64,000 bases of DNA from positions 1,679,403 to 1,743,402 of the forward strand of contig OZ245940.1 in the NCBI GenBank assembly GCA_965230045.1, given 5' to 3'. Shown piece after piece: positions 19,907-30,153 of the stretch. The notes beneath the pieces are model-generated. The model had not been told where the DNA came from, did no database searches, and saw only the letters and a program-made list of their open reading frames with translations. The stretch is from Bacteroidales bacterium (GTDB lineage: Bacteria; Bacteroidota; Bacteroidia; Bacteroidales; WRLA01). The translations under genes were made by a program, and so were the position numbers. Every line of letters starts with the position of its first letter. Position 1 is the first letter of the stretch.

Positions 19907-21661
19907 ATGATCAAAGTTTTGGGGAGCTTTAAAAAATGGAATTATTCTAAATACTTCAGGGAGGTGATTATCCTTTTTGTGATGGCGCTCACATTGATCG
20001 CTTTTTACGAAAAGCCGTCAAAGCATATTCTCGCTGATGGCCTGGGTTACTACGAATATCTCCCTTCCCTATTTATCCATCATGATTTTGTCCGAAAAGA
20101 TGCAGCTAAATCTGATACCGCTTTGTATGCACGGGTTTCTGCACTTGGCGACAGGATTTACACAAGTTATGAAGAAAAATTGGTGACTAAATATCCGGTA
20201 GGAACAGCGTTGATGGTTTCACCTTTTTTCGGTCTTGCATCTTTGTACGCTGATATTTTTTTACCGCAATCGGATTTTACAGGATATGAGCTTGTTTTTC
20301 AAAATTTTATGCTTTTAGCATCCGCCTTTTATTTGTTTCTGGCTTTGGTGCTTTTTAGGCGGTTTCTCGAAAGCTTTAAAATGAAAAGCAGAACCATAGT
20401 CTGGACACAGGTTTTAATGCTTTTTGCTACCTCATTGGTTCATTATGTATATAATTTCCCAACCTACAGCCATGTTTACTCATTGTTTTTAATCAGCGGA
20501 TATTTATTGTTTTTGCGCAGGTTCTTTCTGTACCAAAGATCAAAGGACTTCCTTTATACAGCTTTGATTTTTGCTTTTATACTGCTTGTTCGTCAGGCAA
20601 ATGCCATTGTTTTGCTGTTGATTCCTTTTCTGGCCGGCTCGCTGCAAAATATGATTTTTTCGATATCAGGAATATTGCGCAAGCCCTTTATTTTGCTTTT
20701 TGCAACATTGATCGTTGCGGCTGCACTTTCGGTGCAAAGCCTGGCTTATTATCTCCAAACAGGTCATTTTTGGGTTTATTCTTATCAGGGAGAAGGCTTT
20801 AATTTTTTGGACCCACAGTTTACCAACATCCTGTTTAGCTACAAAAAAGGATTGTTCATCTATACGCCTGTTTTATTGCTTACAGCACCCGGCTTAATGC
20901 TGATGTTTAAAGAAAAGCTATATTTCCTGGCGCGGAGCTGGCTGGGTTTCTCACTTTTTCTTATATATTTTCTCTCAAGCTGGTGGGCGTGGTCTTATGG
21001 CGGAAGTTTTGGTCACCGAGCCTTTATTGACTTCTATCCGGTTTTATTCTTTCCAATAGCATTTTTGCTCGATAAAGCTCAAAAAGTGCCAGGAACAATT
21101 GCTCTTATCTATAGTCTTGCAACTATTCCAATCCTGTTAATCCAATTATATCAGTATCAAAATTATATACTTACGAAAAACACAATGGATGCTCAGAAAT
21201 ACTGGAAAGTGTTTTTGAAAACCAATAGCAAATACAGGGGGCTGCTGTGGAAAAAAACATATGATCTGGATGATTACGCTCCAGATACAGCCTACATCAT
21301 TGGAGATAAAACAGCAGAAGCAGGGAAATACCGTGAAATATTTGTCGGAGATTGGGTGCCAAAAGACCAAAGCCGTGAGCATATCTTGCGGCTATCATTT
21401 GAAAATGATTTTATCGAGGATAATGATGTCCGGATTTTAATGGAGATCAAAAATAATGAGGGTAAAAACATCTATTATTCACTAAAACCCCTGATCCATT
21501 ATGCAAATAGTGATTTTGGGTACACTCAATCCGGGTTCTGGGATTACAAAATCAAATTGGATCAAGTAAAAAACAAATATGAGATCCGTATATTTTTCAA
21601 AGACCTTGATCAAAAAATCACAATACGGAATACAAAGCTGGAGATCAAAACACCGGAATAG
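19907..21661 (+). CDS. Polytopic membrane protein, possibly an ArnT/PMT (GT39/GT83)-like glycosyltransferase
   Basis: 584 aa with more than 10 predicted TM helices and a soluble C-terminal ~140 aa. Adjacent to a GT2 polyprenyl-phosphate sugar synthase-like gene. No firm motif was identified. Confidence 0.4.
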   Translation: MIKVLGSFKKWNYSKYFREVIILFVMALTLIAFYEKPSKHILADGLGYYEYLPSLFIHHDFVRKDAAKSDTALYARVSALGDRIYTSYEEKLVTKYPVGTALMVSPFFGLASLYADIFLPQSDFTGYELVFQNFMLLASAFYLFLALVLFRRFLESFKMKSRTIVWTQVLMLFATSLVHYVYNFPTYSHVYSLFLISGYLLFLRRFFLYQRSKDFLYTALIFAFILLVRQANAIVLLLIPFLAGSLQNMIFSISGILRKPFILLFATLIVAAALSVQSLAYYLQTGHFWVYSYQGEGFNFLDPQFTNILFSYKKGLFIYTPVLLLTAPGLMLMFKEKLYFLARSWLGFSLFLIYFLSSWWAWSYGGSFGHRAFIDFYPVLFFPIAFLLDKAQKVPGTIALIYSLATIPILLIQLYQYQNYILTKNTMDAQKYWKVFLKTNSKYRGLLWKKTYDLDDYAPDTAYIIGDKTAEAGKYREIFVGDWVPKDQSREHILRLSFENDFIEDNDVRILMEIKNNEGKNIYYSLKPLIHYANSDFGYTQSGFWDYKIKLDQVKNKYEIRIFFKDLDQKITIRNTKLEIKTPE

Positions 21662-22381
21662 TTATTTGCTGAACAAATTATACTTAAAAATACAATAAAT
21701 AGCCCGCAACCCATCTTTCCAATTGATCTTTTTCCCTTCTTCATAAGTGCGGCCATAATATGAAATGCCCACTTCATAAATCCGGATTTTAGGAATGCGT
21801 GCAATTTTTGCCGTTACTTCCGGTTCAAAACCAAAACGTTTTTCTTTAAGCTGAATTGATTTAACGATATCGGAACGGAACATTTTATAACAGGTTTCCA
21901 TATCCGTGAGGTTCAGGTTGCTGAACATATTGGAGAGGAAAGTGAGAAATGCGTTTCCAATGGAATGCCAAAAAAACAGGATTCGGTGCGGCGCCCCGCC
22001 CATAAAGCGCGAGCCATAAACTACATCTGCAACACCATGAACAAAAGGTTTGAGCAGGGCATTATATTCTTCCGGGTCGTATTCCAGGTCAGCATCCTGA
22101 ATTACAATAAGGTCACCATCTGATTCCGATATTCCTCTGTGCAAAGCCGCTCCTTTTCCCATGTTTTGCGGCTGGGAGTAGAGCTTGATATCTGCTTCGG
22201 TATGATTGTTAATATATTGATTTACAGTTCCCACAGTATTGTCTGTTGAGCAATCATCAACAATAATGATACTTTTTTTGATATCATTTAACAGTTCAAC
22301 TTTTAAGATTTTATCCAGTATCAGGTGAATCGTTTTTTCTTCGTTATAAGCAGGTATAACAACCGAAAGTTTTGTGGGCAT
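21662..22381 (-). CDS. Glycosyltransferase family 2 (polyprenol-phosphate sugar synthase-like)
   Basis: VVIPAYNEE near the N-terminus and a DxD motif ([10 protein letters not shown]). 239 aa. Confidence 0.88.
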   Translation of the reverse strand: MPTKLSVVIPAYNEEKTIHLILDKILKVELLNDIKKSIIIVDDCSTDNTVGTVNQYINNHTEADIKLYSQPQNMGKGAALHRGISESDGDLIVIQDADLEYDPEEYNALLKPFVHGVADVVYGSRFMGGAPHRILFFWHSIGNAFLTFLSNMFSNLNLTDMETCYKMFRSDIVKSIQLKEKRFGFEPEVTAKIARIPKIRIYEVGISYYGRTYEEGKKINWKDGLRAIYCIFKYNLFSK

Positions 22382-22638
22382 TGTGTATTATTTTGAGCCT
22401 GCAAATATAGATAAAGCATTGTATTGTGATGCCTTTATGTACGATATATTCATGAAAATTTCAGTGTTTGAGTGATTTCCGATCATGGATTTTAGTGGTA
22501 ATTTGATTAGGCGTTTGGGATTTAATGTGTTATGGGATTTGCTTTTCGTAAAACAGAAAAATTTTGTACAAAAATGAACAGTATTTAGAATTGCAGCTTC
22601 AATGGTTTTGCTAATTTTGCGGCGGAAATTACGAAGAA

Positions 22639-23016
22639 GTGCGACAACTGCTAAAAAATATACTTGGGCTGCTGCTACTGCCACCTGTGCTTTGGTTGTT
22701 CCTTAACGCCAGCCTCAACTGGCACTACCACCGCATGCCCAACGGGCAAATTGTTTGTCACGCGCACCCTTATACTTCCAGTCACAGCGATACGCCCATT
22801 GGAACAATCCCGTTTGAGAAGCACCAGCACAGCGATAATGAATATCTCTTCTACGCCTTCCTCGGTGAAATTAGTGTAGTGCTTGCTGCCCTTATCTTGT
22901 TTTTCGGTTTCCTGAAAGCAGGCAGGGAACGACTGTTGTTTCCGTTACGGAAATCTTTGGTTTCTGCGCATCAGCTGCTTGTGTACAGCCTTAGAGGGCC
23001 TCCATCCAACTATTGA
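22639..23016 (+). CDS. Small His-rich membrane protein (hypothetical)
   Basis: GTG start. One N-terminal and one C-terminal TM helix flank a His-rich loop (HYHRMPNGQIVCHAHPYTSSHSD..EKHQHSD). Lies immediately upstream of the TonB-dependent receptor. Confidence 0.4.
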   Translation: MRQLLKNILGLLLLPPVLWLFLNASLNWHYHRMPNGQIVCHAHPYTSSHSDTPIGTIPFEKHQHSDNEYLFYAFLGEISVVLAALILFFGFLKAGRERLLFPLRKSLVSAHQLLVYSLRGPPSNY

Positions 23017-23103
23017 TTTTTTTTGAATCCCTTTTTATTCATGTTTAAATCCGGCTCGTTTGATCCGGTAAAAGAGATTTTTTAGAAAAATTAATAGAAT
23101 AAT

Positions 23104-25512
23104 ATGAAACATATTTTCCTGGTATTTGGCATTGTATTTATATGCCTGAATGCGATATGGGCTCAGGAAGCCTATTTCGAAAATGAATTTAAAGTGCCTA
23201 CAGATGCAAATATTTTTGGGCATGTAACGGATGTAAACGGAGATCACATCCCTTTTGCTACAATAATGGTTGTAGATTCTGACAAAGGAACTTCTGCAGA
23301 TGCTACCGGACACTATTATTTAATAAACCTACCCGAAGGGAAAATAATTCTACGCGCCCGGGCGGTTGGGTTTAAAGCTCAGGAAAAAGAAGTTACCGTC
23401 GAAAAAGGGAAAACCCTTGAAGTGAATTTCCAGCTGGCTCCTGATGTGATCAATGCCGAAGGTGTGGTGATTTCAGCATCGCGCTATGAGCAAAGCCGGA
23501 AAGATGCTCCGGTGATTGTCAATAGTATCGGTCCCAAACTCTTTGATGAAGTGCAGGCGCAAACTTTGGGCGATGGCCTTAACTTTACGCCCGGGCTGCG
23601 CATGGAAAACAATTGCCAAAATTGCGGTTTCAGCCAGTTGCGGATGAACGGGCTCGATGGCCCTTATTCCCAGTTCCTCATCAATGGCCGACCGATATTT
23701 TCGGCATTGAATGGAGTGTACGGCTTGGAAGCTATACCTCCAAGCATGATCCAGCGCGTGGAAGTTATCCGGGGTGGCGGATCGGCGCTTTATGGATCCA
23801 ACGCTATTGCCGGTACGGTGAACATTATCACCAAAGATCCGATCAACAATAGCTGGCAGATTGGTTCCAATTTTGCCTTTACCGATGCAAAAAAAGCCGA
23901 CATCTCAGTGAATGCCAATGCGTCGGTGGTCAGCAATGACTATTCGAGCGGATTGTTTGTTTATGGTGTGGCAAGGGAACGCCAGCCCTGGGACGAAAAC
24001 GGGGATGGTTTCTCTGAAATGACCAAACTGAGCAACCGCACCATGGGCGCCCGTGCTTTCTGGAAACCAGGGACACGAAGCCGTTTTAATCTCGATTTGA
24101 ATGCAATTAACGATTACCGGCGTGGTGGGGATAAGTTTGATTACCGGCCTTCCGAAGCTGGAATTTGTGAAATGATCGATCAAAATAACCTTATGGGCGG
24201 ATTGAGCTTTGAAACTTTTTCAGCTGATCTGGCTACAGAGTTGTCCATATACACCAGTGGCCAACAAGTGAAACGAGACAGCTATTACGGAGCGGAGCAG
24301 GATCCTTCGGCATATGGTTACACAGAAGGTCTAACAATGGTTGGAGGCGCGCAACTTACGCATCATTTAGCTGATGTGCTCTATGCCCCGGGAACCATTA
24401 CTGCCGGAGCTGAATATTCCTATGACGATTTGGAAGACAGCAAACTCGGGTATTTTGATGTCGATAGCTTGAAAAATGTGGATAACAGGCTCATCACAGA
24501 CCAAAGAGTCAATACAATAGGAGCATTTGCGCAATATGAATGGAAATCGGACAATGTGAAATTACTGGCCGGCCTGCGCTATGACCTGGCGCGCGTTTCC
24601 AATTTGAAACATGGCGAAGAAGTAGAAGAAGACTATGGTAATCTTAGTCCGCGGGCCAGTGTTTTGATAAACGTGAACGAACATCTTCAGGCGCGTTTGT
24701 CATTTGCCCGTGGTTTTCGTGTTCCACAGATTTTTGATGAAGATTTGCATATCGAATCCTCTGCTGCCCGAAGGATTATTCATGTTTTGGGCGATGATCT
24801 GGAACCCGAAAAATCCAACAGCTTTACAGCCGGACTGGATTATACGGAAGATCATGGAAAAGTGCAGTTCTATATTCTGGCAGAAGGTTTCTATACCGAA
24901 CTGAATAATCCCTTTAGCCATGAATATAGTTTTGATGAAGAAACAAAAATCCTGACATCAACTATAGTCAATGCGGAAGATGGTGCGGAGGTTTACGGGA
25001 TAAATCTTGAAGCCCGTGTAGCCCCATCGAATGGAAAAATCAGTTTCCAGGCCGGTGCAACAATTCAGCAGTCGGAATTTAAGAGCCCTCAGGAATGGGG
25101 CGAAGACAGCACCAATGTAACGACGCATATGTTGCGCACACCGAGTATTTATGGTTATTTCTCGACCAATTTTAAAATAACTAAAAAGTTTGCCCTTTCT
25201 GTTTCCGGAGTTTATACGGGGCCAATGTATGTGCCTCATCTGGCAGGTGGCGAACGCGAAGATGGTTCAGAAATCACAGAAGAGGAGCTGCTGCACACCA
25301 AATCATTTATGGATGTAAATGCCAAACTGACCTATGATATTCCGTTGTCCTGCGAAATGAACCTCCAGCTTTATGGTGGGGTTCAGAATATTTTCAACAG
25401 TTATCAGGATGATTTTGATTACGGAATTAAGCGCGATGCCGGATTTGTTTATGGACCGAGCCGTCCGTTTACGATCATGTTTGGTGTCAAACTGGGCAAT
25501 ATGTTTTTGTAG
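23104..25512 (+). CDS. TonB-dependent receptor with N-terminal carboxypeptidase-regulatory-like domain
   Basis: 802 aa. Signal peptide, CarbopepD_reg-like start (GHVTDVNGDHIPFATIMV), plug motifs (RVEVIRGGGSALYGSNAIAGTVNIITK), then a long beta-barrel. Confidence 0.9.
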   Translation: MKHIFLVFGIVFICLNAIWAQEAYFENEFKVPTDANIFGHVTDVNGDHIPFATIMVVDSDKGTSADATGHYYLINLPEGKIILRARAVGFKAQEKEVTVEKGKTLEVNFQLAPDVINAEGVVISASRYEQSRKDAPVIVNSIGPKLFDEVQAQTLGDGLNFTPGLRMENNCQNCGFSQLRMNGLDGPYSQFLINGRPIFSALNGVYGLEAIPPSMIQRVEVIRGGGSALYGSNAIAGTVNIITKDPINNSWQIGSNFAFTDAKKADISVNANASVVSNDYSSGLFVYGVARERQPWDENGDGFSEMTKLSNRTMGARAFWKPGTRSRFNLDLNAINDYRRGGDKFDYRPSEAGICEMIDQNNLMGGLSFETFSADLATELSIYTSGQQVKRDSYYGAEQDPSAYGYTEGLTMVGGAQLTHHLADVLYAPGTITAGAEYSYDDLEDSKLGYFDVDSLKNVDNRLITDQRVNTIGAFAQYEWKSDNVKLLAGLRYDLARVSNLKHGEEVEEDYGNLSPRASVLINVNEHLQARLSFARGFRVPQIFDEDLHIESSAARRIIHVLGDDLEPEKSNSFTAGLDYTEDHGKVQFYILAEGFYTELNNPFSHEYSFDEETKILTSTIVNAEDGAEVYGINLEARVAPSNGKISFQAGATIQQSEFKSPQEWGEDSTNVTTHMLRTPSIYGYFSTNFKITKKFALSVSGVYTGPMYVPHLAGGEREDGSEITEEELLHTKSFMDVNAKLTYDIPLSCEMNLQLYGGVQNIFNSYQDDFDYGIKRDAGFVYGPSRPFTIMFGVKLGNMFL

Positions 25513-25745
25513 TTGATTGAAGCTGTCCGGTGCAGGAGATGGCTTTAAATCACTGATTGTAAGAGGCTAATGCGTATAATCCTATGAAAAACATTCTTTT
25601 GTTTTTTATTTGCACTGGCTCCTTAACAGGCAGGCTTTGACCGCAGATATGGGGAACTTCAGTAATTGATTTGTCCAAATCATTAGCTGTTTCCAACCAA
25701 ATAAAAAAGGCTGCTTTACAAGATGAAAGCGGCCTTTTTCTAAAA

Positions 25746-25783
25746 AAAATCCCGTAACTGAAATGAATCAATTACGGGATTTT
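25746..25783 (-). terminator. Terminator hairpin downstream of ackA (second of two back-to-back hairpins between convergent genes)
   Basis: Stem AAAATCCCGTAA / TTACGGGATTTT with A/T runs on both sides. A second hairpin at ~25708-25740 follows the TBDR gene. Confidence 0.75.
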
Positions 25784-25804
25784 TAAAAATTATATGAAAA
25801 GCGA

Positions 25805-27022
25805 TTAATTTAAGATATCAAGTTTCTCATCCACAATCCTGAAAGTATCCAGTGCAATCATTTTTTCCTCATCTGTAGGAACGATCATCACTTTAACACG
25901 TGAGTTTTCTGTCGAAATAACTTCTTCTTCACCGCGGAGGCCGTCATTTTTCTCAAAGTTCATTTCCACGCCCATATATTCCAGTCCGGTCATTGCTTCG
26001 GCGCGCGTTACGGAGTCATTTTCTCCGATTCCGCCGGTAAATACAATCACATCCACACCGCCCATGGCAGCTGCGTATGATCCAACATATTTGCGTACAC
26101 GGTACTGGTACATTTTCAGGGCAACCTGAGCACGTTCGTTTCCGTCGGCTGCTGCATTTTCGATATCGCGCATATCCGAAGAAACACCACTGATGCCCAG
26201 CATGCCACTGAATTTGTTGATCAGTTTATTGGTTGTGCTGAAACTCAGGTTTTCCTTTTCGGCAATACGAAGCAGTGCACCCACATCAAGATCACCGCAA
26301 CGTGTGCCCATAATCAAACCTTCAATAGGGGTCATACCCATGGAAGTATCGAGCGATTTGCCATTTTTGATGGCAGCAATGGATGCACCGTTTCCCAGGT
26401 GGCAGGTGATGATTTTTTGCTTGTTAATATCCAGTCCGAGGATTTCGCAGGCACGTGCAGAAACGTATTTGTGGCTTGTGCCGTGGAAACCGTAGCGGCG
26501 GATCTTATATTTTTCGTAAAGCGAATAAGGGATGCCGTAGAGATAGCTGTAATCCGGCATGCTTTGGTGGAATGCCGTATCAAAAACGCCTGCCTGAGGA
26601 ACTTCGGGAAGCAGTTTGTTGATGGCATAAATACCTTCGAGGTTTGGTGGGTTGTGCAGTGGAGCCAGGTCGATACATTCTTCGAGTGCAGCAATTACAT
26701 CATCTGTTATGCGCACAGTTCCGTTGTATTTTTCTCCGGCATGGACCACGCGGTGCCCCACAGCGTCAATTTCGTTGATATCTTTGATGCTGCCGTGTTC
26801 CGGATGGGTCATAATGCCCAGTACATATTCAATACCACTTTGGTGGTCCAGTATTTCTCCTTCCACCTTAAATTCGTGGCCGTCGTTTCTTTTATGCTTG
26901 ATGGCAGCTCCTTTTAAACCGATTTTTTCAACCAGTCCTTTTGCCAGGACTTTTTTCTCGGGCATATCGAAGAGCTGATATTTAATGGATGAACTTCCGC
27001 AATTGAGAACTATAATTTTCAT
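25805..27022 (-). CDS. ackA: Acetate kinase
   Basis: MKIIVLNCGSSSIKYQLF N-terminus. 405 aa. Confidence 0.95.
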   Translation of the reverse strand: MKIIVLNCGSSSIKYQLFDMPEKKVLAKGLVEKIGLKGAAIKHKRNDGHEFKVEGEILDHQSGIEYVLGIMTHPEHGSIKDINEIDAVGHRVVHAGEKYNGTVRITDDVIAALEECIDLAPLHNPPNLEGIYAINKLLPEVPQAGVFDTAFHQSMPDYSYLYGIPYSLYEKYKIRRYGFHGTSHKYVSARACEILGLDINKQKIITCHLGNGASIAAIKNGKSLDTSMGMTPIEGLIMGTRCGDLDVGALLRIAEKENLSFSTTNKLINKFSGMLGISGVSSDMRDIENAAADGNERAQVALKMYQYRVRKYVGSYAAAMGGVDVIVFTGGIGENDSVTRAEAMTGLEYMGVEMNFEKNDGLRGEEEVISTENSRVKVMIVPTDEEKMIALDTFRIVDEKLDILN

Positions 27023-27058
27023 TGTTATACGTTTTTCGGTCGTTTATAAATGCTTTGA

Positions 27059-28027
27059 TTACCTGCCCAGGGTGTTGATTGAACCTTGTTTGATTACTTT
27101 CTTATCGCCATCCCAAACGTAAAAACCTTCACCGGTACGTTTGCCGTTGAGGTTGGCGCGTACCATGCGCTTGAGCAGTGGTGATGGTTTGTACTTGAGC
27201 GAACCAAATTCGCTGAACAGGTTGTTCATCCATTTCAGGACTTTGTCAAGGCCAATACGGTCGGCCATTTCGAATGGGCCCATATGATGCCCTGTGGCTT
27301 CACGCATAATGACGTCAATTTGTTCCACGCTTGCAACGCCTTCCATCAGGATTTCACAGGCTTCGTTGATGAATGGAACCATCATACGCGTGCTTACATT
27401 GCCTGGAGATTCATTAACCTGAACCGGTTTTTTGCCAATCATGCGCACAAATTTCTGTAGCATATCAAAAGTTTTGTCCGAAGTACGTACGCAGCGCACT
27501 ACTTCAACAAATTTTGCATCGGCGACAGGCGCAATAAAATGCAGTCCGGCAGCTCTTTGCGGAAATTTCAGGACTTCTGCCAGGTCGCTGATCATCAATG
27601 TGGCAGTATTGGAGGTGATGATGGTGTCTTCAGAAACAACTTCTTCCACTTTGCGGAAAACTTCTTTACGGTTGTGCAGGTTTGTTCCAGGTTTTTTTGT
27701 GTTGGTAGTTTCTATGATGATGTTGCAGTCACGCAGGTCTTCAAAATTCGTAGATCCTTTTATACGGCTGAGGATGAGTTTCTTTTCGCTGGGAGTCATG
27801 CCCCAGTGGCTGATTACATCATCCAGTTGTTCGTCGATGCGTTGCATTACTTCCTCCACACGTTCGGTGGTAAGGTCAATAAAAACAACATCAATACCAA
27901 ACTGACTGATCAGGCGGGTAATTTCCTGCCCCATGGAGCCGCAGCCAACAAGGCCAACTTTTTGTATCGTGCCTGAGCTTTTTTTGTTTTCAGTGCTTAA
28001 GCTGAAATCTTCTAATTGAACTGACAT
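27059..28027 (-). CDS. 3-hydroxyacyl-CoA dehydrogenase family protein (Hbd-like)
   Basis: Rossmann motif VGLVGCGSMGQEI. Central HF(I)AP in place of HFFNP. C-terminal dimerisation domain (..GKRTGEGFYVW). Confidence 0.8.
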   Translation of the reverse strand: MSVQLEDFSLSTENKKSSGTIQKVGLVGCGSMGQEITRLISQFGIDVVFIDLTTERVEEVMQRIDEQLDDVISHWGMTPSEKKLILSRIKGSTNFEDLRDCNIIIETTNTKKPGTNLHNRKEVFRKVEEVVSEDTIITSNTATLMISDLAEVLKFPQRAAGLHFIAPVADAKFVEVVRCVRTSDKTFDMLQKFVRMIGKKPVQVNESPGNVSTRMMVPFINEACEILMEGVASVEQIDVIMREATGHHMGPFEMADRIGLDKVLKWMNNLFSEFGSLKYKPSPLLKRMVRANLNGKRTGEGFYVWDGDKKVIKQGSINTLGR

Positions 28028-28157
28028 AAGTAATATTTTAAAGTGCTATCTTTGAGTGATTAACAAATCCTGTGCGAAATTAAAAAACATTGGCATTCGG
28101 GAATGATAAATGCCTGAGCTTTTGTAATTTGTATGCATTCTATTTTGTGTCTCCGGA

Positions 28158-29159
28158 TTACATTCCTGCAGCCTGGTTTGCTGTAATGGCTACCAGGTTA
28201 ACAATATCTTCAACGGAACATCCGCGCGATAAATCATTGATTGGAGCGGCCATACCTTGCAATACAGGGCCAACAGCTTCTGCTCCGGCCAAACGCTGAA
28301 CCAGTTTGTAGCTGATGTTTCCTGTTTCGAGTGTCGGGAACACAAGCACATTTGCTTTTCCGGCTATTTTGCTTCCGGGCGCTTTTTTCGAGCCAATGGC
28401 TTCGATAATTGCTGCATCGGCCTGAAGTTCGCCATCGATCGCCAAATCAGGAGCCATTTTCTGAGCAATTTTTGTGGCCTCAACTACTTTGTCCACCATT
28501 TCGTGCTTGGCACTGCCTTTGGTACTGAAACTCAGCATGGCAACACGAGGCTCGATACAAGCAATAGACTTGGCTGTGGCTGCACTGGCAACGGCAATTT
28601 CTGCCAGCTCTTTGGCTGTCGGATTGGGATGAACCGCGCAATCAGCAAAGACCATAATGCCGTCATCGCCCCATTTTTTGTCTTTCATGATCATGATGAA
28701 AGCACCCGATACCACGCTGATGCCGGGTAGGGTTTTTACAATCTGGAAAGCCGGGCGAAGTACATTTCCTGTGGCGTTTTCCGCACCGGCTACTTCTCCG
28801 TCGGCATCTCCGTTTTTGATGAGCAATGTGGCCAGATAAAGCGGGTCTTCACAAAGTTTTGTGGCTTCTTCCATGCTCAACCCTTTTTTCTTCCTGAGCT
28901 CATAAAGGATCCCGGCATATTTGGCTTTCTCCGGATTGTTGATGGGATCAATAATGGTGGCTTCGCCGAGATTTTCAAGACCAAACTCCTTGCCGGTCTC
29001 CATGATTTTTTCGGGATTTCCGATTAAAATCAACCTGGCAAGTTTTTCCTTCAGGATAATGTCTGCTGCTTTTAATGTCCTTTCTTCTGTTCCTTCGGGT
29101 AAAACAATGGTTTTTTGGTGTTTACCGGCATTCTGCTTGATCTGTTCAATTAAATTCAT
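28158..29159 (-). CDS. pta: Phosphate acetyltransferase (short, PTA_PTB-domain type)
   Basis: 333 aa. MNLIEQIK..IVLPEGTEERTLKAA N-terminus typical of Pta. Confidence 0.92.
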   Translation of the reverse strand: MNLIEQIKQNAGKHQKTIVLPEGTEERTLKAADIILKEKLARLILIGNPEKIMETGKEFGLENLGEATIIDPINNPEKAKYAGILYELRKKKGLSMEEATKLCEDPLYLATLLIKNGDADGEVAGAENATGNVLRPAFQIVKTLPGISVVSGAFIMIMKDKKWGDDGIMVFADCAVHPNPTAKELAEIAVASAATAKSIACIEPRVAMLSFSTKGSAKHEMVDKVVEATKIAQKMAPDLAIDGELQADAAIIEAIGSKKAPGSKIAGKANVLVFPTLETGNISYKLVQRLAGAEAVGPVLQGMAAPINDLSRGCSVEDIVNLVAITANQAAGM

Positions 29160-29585
29160 TTGCTTTTCTTTTGTAAATCGAGATATAAATATTGTAAAAT
29201 TTTCTAAATTCCTTTTGCAAAATTATTAATAAAGGACTTATTTTTTGCTGTTTTAAGGAAAATTAATCTGGAGGGTTTTGCTTCGCCTGAAACCAATAAG
29301 CAATAAGCTTGAGCAATAATAATGTATGACTCCATTGTCGGTTTTCTTTAATGTGATTATAATCAATATTTTAAAACTTAATAATTAAGTATGGTTTTCT
29401 GTAGGTAAATTTATGCCGATTTTTTAAGATGCACCGGCTTCGGTGATTATCTGGATATTGAACATGGGAAAATACACTGTATGCTTCGGGTTCTTTCCGC
29501 AGTATCAATAAATATTATGTAATTTTGCATCCTCAAAATAATATGTCGGGAAGGATTTCTATCAATTATATTTAAAATCGGTTCA

Positions 29586-30137
29586 ATGGATTGGAAGAAA
29601 ATTTGCTTTGCTGTTTTGCTTACTGCTTTTATGTTTTTTGGCCAGCCGGGAGCTCAGGCGCAGGAAACACGTTATCAATTGCGCTTAAACCCCGGAATGG
29701 TTCTTCCGACCGGTGATTTCAAAAATATTGCGGGCACTGGATTGGGTGCCGATCTGGGCTTTTCCATTTACTTGAAAACAAATATCGCGCTAAGCATTGA
29801 TTTAGGATATTATGCTTTTGACGATAAAGAGAAAAGTGAATTCAAGGAGCCTTTTAAGGGCTTGCCTTTATCATTGACCGGCGACTTCTTATTCCGAAAC
29901 GATAAAAAGTTCCATCCTTTGGCCGGTATTGGAATGGCCTATCTGAGTTTCAGGCAAACGGTTCATTATGATTATGCCGATGCCACCGAAACGATGGGGA
30001 AAGTTGGGCTGGCACTCAAAGCCGGTGGGCTTTATTCCATTGATGAGCAATGGTCGGTTGGTGTGCATGCACGTTATCTCTACGCCGTTGAATACAGCCT
30101 TTTGGGTGTTAATGCGTTTGTTGCGCTGAGTTTTTAA
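29586..30137 (+). CDS. Small outer-membrane beta-barrel protein
   Basis: Signal peptide (..GAQAQE), alternating amphipathic strands and a terminal aromatic residue (..VALSF). Confidence 0.6.
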   Translation: MDWKKICFAVLLTAFMFFGQPGAQAQETRYQLRLNPGMVLPTGDFKNIAGTGLGADLGFSIYLKTNIALSIDLGYYAFDDKEKSEFKEPFKGLPLSLTGDFLFRNDKKFHPLAGIGMAYLSFRQTVHYDYADATETMGKVGLALKAGGLYSIDEQWSVGVHARYLYAVEYSLLGVNAFVALSF

Positions 30138-30153
30138 TGATGACGGACATTTT

